A DNA stretch of 60,828 nt from a virus (Duplodnaviria; Caudoviricetes). The stretch is taken from positions 1 to 60,828 of IMG/VR virus record IMGVR_UViG_3300031707_002291; one strand, 5' to 3'. Below, one piece after another: positions 55,435-60,828 of this stretch (position 1 is its first letter; every line of letters starts with the position of its first letter). The notes under the pieces are model-generated. The model searched no databases. It was given only the letters and a program-made list of their open reading frames with translations, and was not told where the DNA came from. Position numbers and translations under genes: made by a program.

Positions 55435-57592
55435 GCCCAAGGGAGTACGCGAACCCGCCTTCATAGTGCGCCAGCCGGCGCTTTTCTTGGACCCCATGGG
55501 CCTGACAGCGGCAGCATGGCGCCGGGTCGTGGCGGCCGCGCCCGTCGTCCGGTCCTGTATCCAGACCCTGGTGATGCAGATCACCGGCCTGGAGTGGACC
55601 ATCGAGAGCGAGGACGATGGCCTAGTCGACTACTTCACCAAGGTACTGAACGGCGCCGACAACGGCACCGGCTTCGACACCATGATCGCCCGCGTCGTGG
55701 AGGACTGCCTGACGGTTCCCTTCGGCGGCGCCTGGGAAAATGGGGCCTACCGCGATGGTACGATCGCCTGGGTTGCCCACCTGGACGCCGGGCTCATGCA
55801 GCCCACCAATGACTCTAACTACCCCTTCGCCCAGGTGACGCCGTGGTCCGGGCCCCTAGACGTAGCCCTGTTCGCGCCGAACGACGTGTCCCGCGTCATG
55901 TGGCAGCCCCAAACCGACGTGCGGATGTACGGCTGGACCCGTACGCCGGTGATGGACTGCCTGCCGGCCATCCAGGGCTTGCTTCGCTCGGACCGCTTCT
56001 GGCAGACCCTCCTGACGGATAGCCCGCCGCCCGGCGTCCTCGACGTAATCGGCTGGACCGAGGAGGAGGCCCGCGACTGGCTAGAGGGTTGGAAGACCAT
56101 GATGGCCGGCGTGGACGCGCTGAAGGTGCCGATCCTCTACGGCCGTGAGAAGGGCGAGGCGGCCCAATTCATCTCGTTCGGATCTACCGCAACCGAGGCC
56201 CAGCTACCCGAACTGGTCAAGCGGTACTGCGAGATCGTCTGCGCCGCCTTCGGCATGAACGTGGGCGACCTCGGCCTGTACGGCCAGGAACTGCGCCTGG
56301 CCGGCGCCACCAAGATCATCGAGCTATCGAAGCGCCAGGGCCTTGCCCACGTCCTACGGCGCATCAAGCAGCGCTTCGACAATGACGTGCTGCCCGACAA
56401 GGTCAACTTTAAGTGGGAAGACGTGGAGCTGGAGGATAAACTACGGCGCGAGACCGCGAAGAAGATGGCGGCCGAGCGCCTATCGACCCTCACCATGGCC
56501 TTCATCATCGACCCCCAGGTGGCGCTTGACCAGGCGGTAGCGGAGGGGCTGATCACGGTCGACGCTGGCAGCGCACCCGCGCCGCCTGCCGCGCCCGAGC
56601 CCCCGACCGGCGACGAGACCGTGACCACGAGCGGCGATCAGAAGGGCGACCAGGGCCAACAGGGGCGCCATCGCCCTTTTGGCGACGCCCTGCTAAGGCA
56701 GGGCCAGCAGAGCGAGCCGGCCCGAGCCCGCCCCATTACTAGCCCGTCTGCCCAGAGTCTAGGAAAGATCGTCGGGCCGTGGATCGCCAAGATCGCCGGC
56801 ACCATTACGCGCGCGCGCATCGAGACTCTCCTGGCCGCCGGCCTGGCCGCCGCGGAGAAGGCGGGCGGCATAGGAGAGGGCGCCACGGCCCATCGGGCGC
56901 TGGAGCCCAGCCCTGCCGAGAAGGCGATCGAGGACCTCCTCTCCCATGAGTCGTGGTGGCGGGCGCCCAACATCGCCGAGCGCATCGCCGCTACGCTCCA
57001 GCTAGCCTATGCCGAGGGCCTAGTCGACCAGGCCCACGCCATCGAGAAAGCCCTGGTCAATGCCGGCAAAATTTCCAGGCCCCGCGTCGTGCCCGCCGTC
57101 ACCAAGATCACCGACCCGATGGCCTTGCGGCAACTGGAGGGCCGCGCCCTGGGCCTGATTAAGGACGTGGACAAGGGGACCGACCTGTTCATCCGGCGGG
57201 AGATTATGACTGGCGTGAAGGCCGGCCTCCACTCACCGGAGATCGCCCGTAAGATGCTGGTGGACGACGTCCGCCGAGGCATCATCGAGACGTTCCGGGG
57301 CCGCGCCCTCTCGATTACTAACACCGAGATCAACTGGGCGCAGACCCAGGGGGCCATCATCCAGAACCAATCGGTAGGACTGACCAGGCGCGTGTGGAAG
57401 GCTCTACCAGACGCCTGCGATGTCTGTGATGATAACGCTGGGATGGGGCCGATCGGTCCTAACGAGTCCTTCGAGAATGTCTGGGGCGAATGTGACGGCC
57501 CCCCTGGGCACCCCAATTGCCTCTGTTGGATCACCTTCGACCTCGACCAGCTAGCGGCCGTAGCCGGCGCGCCGGACTACTTCACCGGCTAA
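55382..57592 (+). CDS. Portal protein fused to a MuF-like minor head domain
   Basis: Portal-like N-terminal part (YG..P, PPG.L, I..AFG); C-terminal RA..I..TE...W...C..C...PPGHPNCLC. Confidence 0.85.
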   Translation: MVSTDLADRAKQHGAEPKPKGVREPAFIVRQPALFLDPMGLTAAAWRRVVAAAPVVRSCIQTLVMQITGLEWTIESEDDGLVDYFTKVLNGADNGTGFDTMIARVVEDCLTVPFGGAWENGAYRDGTIAWVAHLDAGLMQPTNDSNYPFAQVTPWSGPLDVALFAPNDVSRVMWQPQTDVRMYGWTRTPVMDCLPAIQGLLRSDRFWQTLLTDSPPPGVLDVIGWTEEEARDWLEGWKTMMAGVDALKVPILYGREKGEAAQFISFGSTATEAQLPELVKRYCEIVCAAFGMNVGDLGLYGQELRLAGATKIIELSKRQGLAHVLRRIKQRFDNDVLPDKVNFKWEDVELEDKLRRETAKKMAAERLSTLTMAFIIDPQVALDQAVAEGLITVDAGSAPAPPAAPEPPTGDETVTTSGDQKGDQGQQGRHRPFGDALLRQGQQSEPARARPITSPSAQSLGKIVGPWIAKIAGTITRARIETLLAAGLAAAEKAGGIGEGATAHRALEPSPAEKAIEDLLSHESWWRAPNIAERIAATLQLAYAEGLVDQAHAIEKALVNAGKISRPRVVPAVTKITDPMALRQLEGRALGLIKDVDKGTDLFIRREIMTGVKAGLHSPEIARKMLVDDVRRGIIETFRGRALSITNTEINWAQTQGAIIQNQSVGLTRRVWKALPDACDVCDDNAGMGPIGPNESFENVWGECDGPPGHPNCLCWITFDLDQLAAVAGAPDYFTG

Positions 57593-57602
57593 CCGGCCAC
57601 GG

Positions 57603-57632
57603 TTGACACCTACTAGCCGCAGCGGCTATCAT
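57603..57632 (+). promoter_or_regulatory. Sigma70 promoter with perfect operator
   Basis: TTGACA-18-TATCAT; TAGCCG-CAG-CGGCTA at 57614-57628. Confidence 0.75.
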
Positions 57633-57683
57633 CGGCCAAAGAAGCCCGCATCATAGGCCATCCTGGACCCCGGTGCTCAGAGG

Positions 57684-57827
57684 ATGAAGATGAGCGTAAT
57701 TGTGAACTATCTACTTGGGAAACCATGCCCCCTCACCCGGCTAGAACACATAACCATACAGGTAGTCACAGGCGTTCCTTTTGCCCTGCTGTGCTATTGG
57801 GCGGGTACGCAACACTGGCTCTGGTAA
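57684..57827 (+). CDS. 47-aa hydrophobic peptide (not in ORF track)
   Basis: MKMSVIVNYLLGKPCPL...VPFALLCYWAGTQHWLW; directly after a promoter. Confidence 0.45.
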   Translation: MKMSVIVNYLLGKPCPLTRLEHITIQVVTGVPFALLCYWAGTQHWLW

Positions 57828-58220
57828 TGGTGAGGGACTAGTGGTGGAACCCTTGGAACCAACGAATCATGCGGGGAACGTGCGCGGCCATTCTCGTGCT
57901 GTCGCGCTTAGGACGGCTGCTAGGGTGGTGGTAGGCGGCCGGCCCTTCGGCCGCCGTCTGATGATGGCCGCCCTCGCCAGGGGCGAGGAGCCGCTTTTCC
58001 CCCTGCCGCTGGCCTACCGGCAGGCGATGGCCACCATCACCCACGACGCTCCCCACGTCTGCGGCGTGGCCAACATCGGCGCCGCCGGCGCCTACGTCCT
58101 GACCCTTATCTGTACGGCCTGCGAGCCCGTCTATAACTCCGGCCCGGTCTCGGTCTGCGCTGAGAGCGCGGAGATGGCGCGCGAACGCCTGATGCGCCGG
58201 CATGCTTCGGAGGTCCACGG

Positions 58221-58514
58221 ATGGGCCGCCCCGATGATCTTCAGCTAGCGGACCTGGCCGTCGATGGGCTGGTCAACGCCCAGGTGACGGCGATCGTGGT
58301 TGATAGCGACCTGTTCGAGCCGGTCCGCGACCTAGCCGCCCTGGCGCTGCCGGCCCCGTGGTGCGACCTCCTGACTTGCTACCTCTGTACCGGCACGTGG
58401 GTAGCGATCTTCCAAGCCCTCGCGAGAGGCGGCCGCGCCGGCTTTGTTCGCCGAGCCTTCGCTACGGCCTGCGTGGGCCGGCTAATCCGCGCCCTAACCG
58501 ACCATCCTGCCTAA
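58221..58514 (+). CDS. DUF1360-like membrane protein
   Basis: D.LFEP.R and LLTCYLC.GTWVA motifs. Confidence 0.65.
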   Translation: MGRPDDLQLADLAVDGLVNAQVTAIVVDSDLFEPVRDLAALALPAPWCDLLTCYLCTGTWVAIFQALARGGRAGFVRRAFATACVGRLIRALTDHPA

Positions 58515-58532
58515 TCCCCCAGGCTTCGCCGC

Positions 58533-58542
58533 GTCGACCATT
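58533..58542 (+). promoter_or_regulatory. Putative late-promoter motif GTCGACCATT (leaderless)
   Basis: 8 nt before ATG 58551. Confidence 0.6.
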
Positions 58543-58550
58543 ACGGTGAG

Positions 58551-60828
58551 ATGCTCGAGACGCGCCCCTACACCGGCCCCGGCGACGATTCCCTGCCCGC
58601 TGGCGTCAAGGCGCTACCGGACCACGCCAAGGCGATCTGGGTTGCTGCCTTCAACAGCGCGTATGAGTCCTGGGACTCCGGCAAGACGGATCAGACCCAG
58701 GAGGGCTACGCCTTCGCGGTAGCGTGGGCCGCCGTCAAGAAACAGTACCAGAAGGACGCCGACGGCAACTGGACTAAGCGGTCGGGGTTTGAGGCCGCCG
58801 GGCACCTTACCAAGGTCTGGCGGTCCGGCGATGGCCAGCGCCATTGGCGCGCTACCGTCATGGACGATGGGGTCGACTGCTACGCCACGCGTATGACGAC
58901 CGACTTTCAGGACGATGTCTGCGCGCGCGCCGCCGCCGGCGCCGCGGGCATGCCCTGGCTAGGCGTGGCCCACTTCGGCCGCGAGAGCCAGATCGGCGAG
59001 ACCACGCGCCTCTATCGCGATGGCCGGGTCGTCAAGGCCGAGGGCATCTTCCTGGCGGAGCCGCCTACGGCCCTACAGCGCGAGCTGGTCGAGGCCGCAT
59101 GGGCGTCGGCTTTTAAGGAGGTGGACCTCCTACCGGCGCACCGGAGCATCTGCACCAGCCAGGCCTTCTACCCGGAGGCCCACATTGTCGAGGACTGCGG
59201 CGTGCTAGGGTATACGCGCGGCCGCATGGATCACATCGCCCTAACCGTCCGGCCTGGGAACTCGCGGGCCGACTTCGGCGTAGAGGAGGCCAACATGCGG
59301 AGCAGCACGCAGGGCAAGAAGTCGCGGCGGGAGCTACGGCGCGAGGACGCCGCCTCTATCGTGGGCGAGGACCTCGCTGGCCGGCTAGACCAGGCAACCC
59401 GCTCGGCCGAGGCGCCAACGGTAGAGGACGATGGCCTTCAGTACCGGATGTACGCAGTCGGCGCCGACGGCGATCTCGCCCTGGAGGTAAGCGCCGACGG
59501 CCAGACCTGGCAGGACCTGGAGCCCTACATCCGCGCCATGGTTCCGACCCACAAGCCGCCCCTGAACGATCCGGCCGAAGCCTGGGATGCTGCCGCGGCC
59601 AGGAGCGGGATCTGGGATTGGGCCACGACCGACACCGCGTTCGACGCCAAGAAGGCTCGCCAGGGCTTCGCTATCTACGACAGCGACAACCCGGACAACA
59701 AGACGGGCATGGCCCTACCCCACCACGTCGTGACCGACAGCAAGCTCATCACTCACCAGCGCGGCGTCATGGCTGCCGGCAACGTCACCATGGGCGCGCG
59801 CGGGGGCGTGGCCGGCTTCCAGACCGGCGACAACGAGAAGGCCCAGACCCACCTGGGCGTTCACTATGACCAGATGAAGCGGACGCCGCCGTGGCAGCGC
59901 CAGGAAAGCAGCCTACGGCATTGGGCCGAGGCCATGGAGGAGGTCGAGGAGCTAGCCGCTGCCGCCCTTCTAGGCCGGACCGACGCCGATGTGGCGAACG
60001 CCCGCGCGTTCCTCCAGCACCGCCTGGGCGACGGCACCATTACCCTGCCGACGCTGGCCGGGGCCGTCCAGGCCTTCGCCGGCGACGTGGCGCTGGGCGG
60101 CGCGCTCCTACGCGCTACCGGCGAGGCCGACTTCGCCGACGCCATCAGGGCCGTCGTGAGCGATCCCGACAGCGTGGGCTCGCCAGCCCCAGCGCCGACG
60201 GCAGATCCGGCGCCAGAGACCCGCGAGGGCCGGCGCGTCAGGGCCGAGAAGCTGGCCGCTGTCACCGACGCCGTCAAGGCGCTCACCGGCGCCGGCAAGA
60301 CCATCGGAGACTTCGTGACATGGGCGGGCGAGAACCTACGGGCGGACTCTAGCGCCCCCGATCATCGCCTTCTCATGCCGGACGCCGATTTCGGCGCCGA
60401 GCTACGCGACCGCTGGGGTATGGACCCCAACGCCGACCTGATGGCGGAGATGAACGAGAAGAAGCTGCTGGAGGTCATCTACGCGGCCGGCTACACGTTC
60501 CTCGACATCGTTGTGGCCAACGTGCAGGCCGAGCCCGGCGAGTTGACCCAGGAGCAGCGCCTTACGAACGTACAGCAAGCCCTCAACGAGTTTGGCCAGA
60601 TCGTCGCCGGCGTAATCGGCCAGGTGGCGCCAGGAAATGCCCCGCGGTCGAGCGGAGCAGCGACGGGGAACGACGTAAAGCCCAACAGCGCAGGTGGAGC
60701 CACCAACGCGCCGTCGGACGGGTCGGCCCCCGAGGCTCGCGCTGCCGTGACCGAAACCATGGACGCGATCGCCGCTGCCCTACAGCGCGGCGCCAACGCC
60801 CAGGAAATGCAGGGCCTTCTGGAGGACC
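58551..60828 (+). CDS. ChaB domain + putative prohead protease + scaffold (867 aa, continues at 128..453)
   Basis: Hand-translated with no stop: LP.GVK.LP.HAK.IW.AAFNSA...AF.VAWAAVKK.Y.K...G.W (ChaB); protease-like H...S...DHIALT.RP.N; WD.AAA...LPHH...GV.AA...GARGG...HL..HY...PPW domain. Confidence 0.82.
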   Translation, partial: MLETRPYTGPGDDSLPAGVKALPDHAKAIWVAAFNSAYESWDSGKTDQTQEGYAFAVAWAAVKKQYQKDADGNWTKRSGFEAAGHLTKVWRSGDGQRHWRATVMDDGVDCYATRMTTDFQDDVCARAAAGAAGMPWLGVAHFGRESQIGETTRLYRDGRVVKAEGIFLAEPPTALQRELVEAAWASAFKEVDLLPAHRSICTSQAFYPEAHIVEDCGVLGYTRGRMDHIALTVRPGNSRADFGVEEANMRSSTQGKKSRRELRREDAASIVGEDLAGRLDQATRSAEAPTVEDDGLQYRMYAVGADGDLALEVSADGQTWQDLEPYIRAMVPTHKPPLNDPAEAWDAAAARSGIWDWATTDTAFDAKKARQGFAIYDSDNPDNKTGMALPHHVVTDSKLITHQRGVMAAGNVTMGARGGVAGFQTGDNEKAQTHLGVHYDQMKRTPPWQRQESSLRHWAEAMEEVEELAAAALLGRTDADVANARAFLQHRLGDGTITLPTLAGAVQAFAGDVALGGALLRATGEADFADAIRAVVSDPDSVGSPAPAPTADPAPETREGRRVRAEKLAAVTDAVKALTGAGKTIGDFVTWAGENLRADSSAPDHRLLMPDADFGAELRDRWGMDPNADLMAEMNEKKLLEVIYAAGYTFLDIVVANVQAEPGELTQEQRLTNVQQALNEFGQIVAGVIGQVAPGNAPRSSGAATGNDVKPNSAGGATNAPSDGSAPEARAAVTETMDAIAAALQRGANAQEMQGLLED
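60702..60828. repeat. Terminal direct repeat (assembly overlap), copy 2
   Basis: Identical to 1-127. Confidence 0.95.

Noticed and set aside
60702-60828. 127-bp terminal repeat as a biological DTR
   Set aside because: Length equals a common assembler k-mer and it falls mid-gene; best read as a circular assembly overlap
1-60828. Stop-codon reassignment of TAG
   Set aside because: Conserved genes are uninterrupted and TAG ends genes exactly where the next begins (e.g. 18542, 24003, 24372, 28036)
1-60828. tRNA or rRNA genes
   Set aside because: No cloverleaf or rRNA-like segment recognised by eye; tRNAscan-SE would be needed to exclude them fully

Overview
The window is a complete, circularly assembled ~60.7 kb GC-rich tailed phage genome of siphovirus type. 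Bases 1-127 repeat at 60702-60828, an assembly overlap giving a 60,701 bp unit. Essentially all genes are on the + strand. Gene order around the circle: fused small/large terminase with an HNH intein, portal-MuF fusion, a ChaB-protease-scaffold gene crossing the junction (missed by the ORF track), and a Cys-rich major capsid protein. Next comes a ~12 kb block of 6 glycosyltransferases and 4 SAM methyltransferases bracketed by two HNH genes, then head-tail and tail genes, a phage sigma factor, and holin/AdoMetDC-like/endolysin. The recombination-repair region (RecT, SbcD, SbcC, minimal PolX) is followed by an IS1595 element carrying DUF3800, an XRE regulator, a split HldE heptose kinase/nucleotidyltransferase pair and a ParB-methylase. 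Best candidates for new biology: (1) a phage glycan-building system (NDP-heptose enzymes, GT9/GT4/GT2, methyltransferases) inside the head module; (2) a two-tier regulatory code, with a TAGCCG-N3-CGGCTA palindrome in 11-15 sigma70 promoters and a G(T/C)CGACCAT motif before late genes; (3) a structured RNA with two loop-E motifs at 42175-42251. No integrase, replicative polymerase, tRNA or CRISPR array was seen. A Chloroflexota host is a tentative inference. All family calls are by-eye motif recognition, not database searches.
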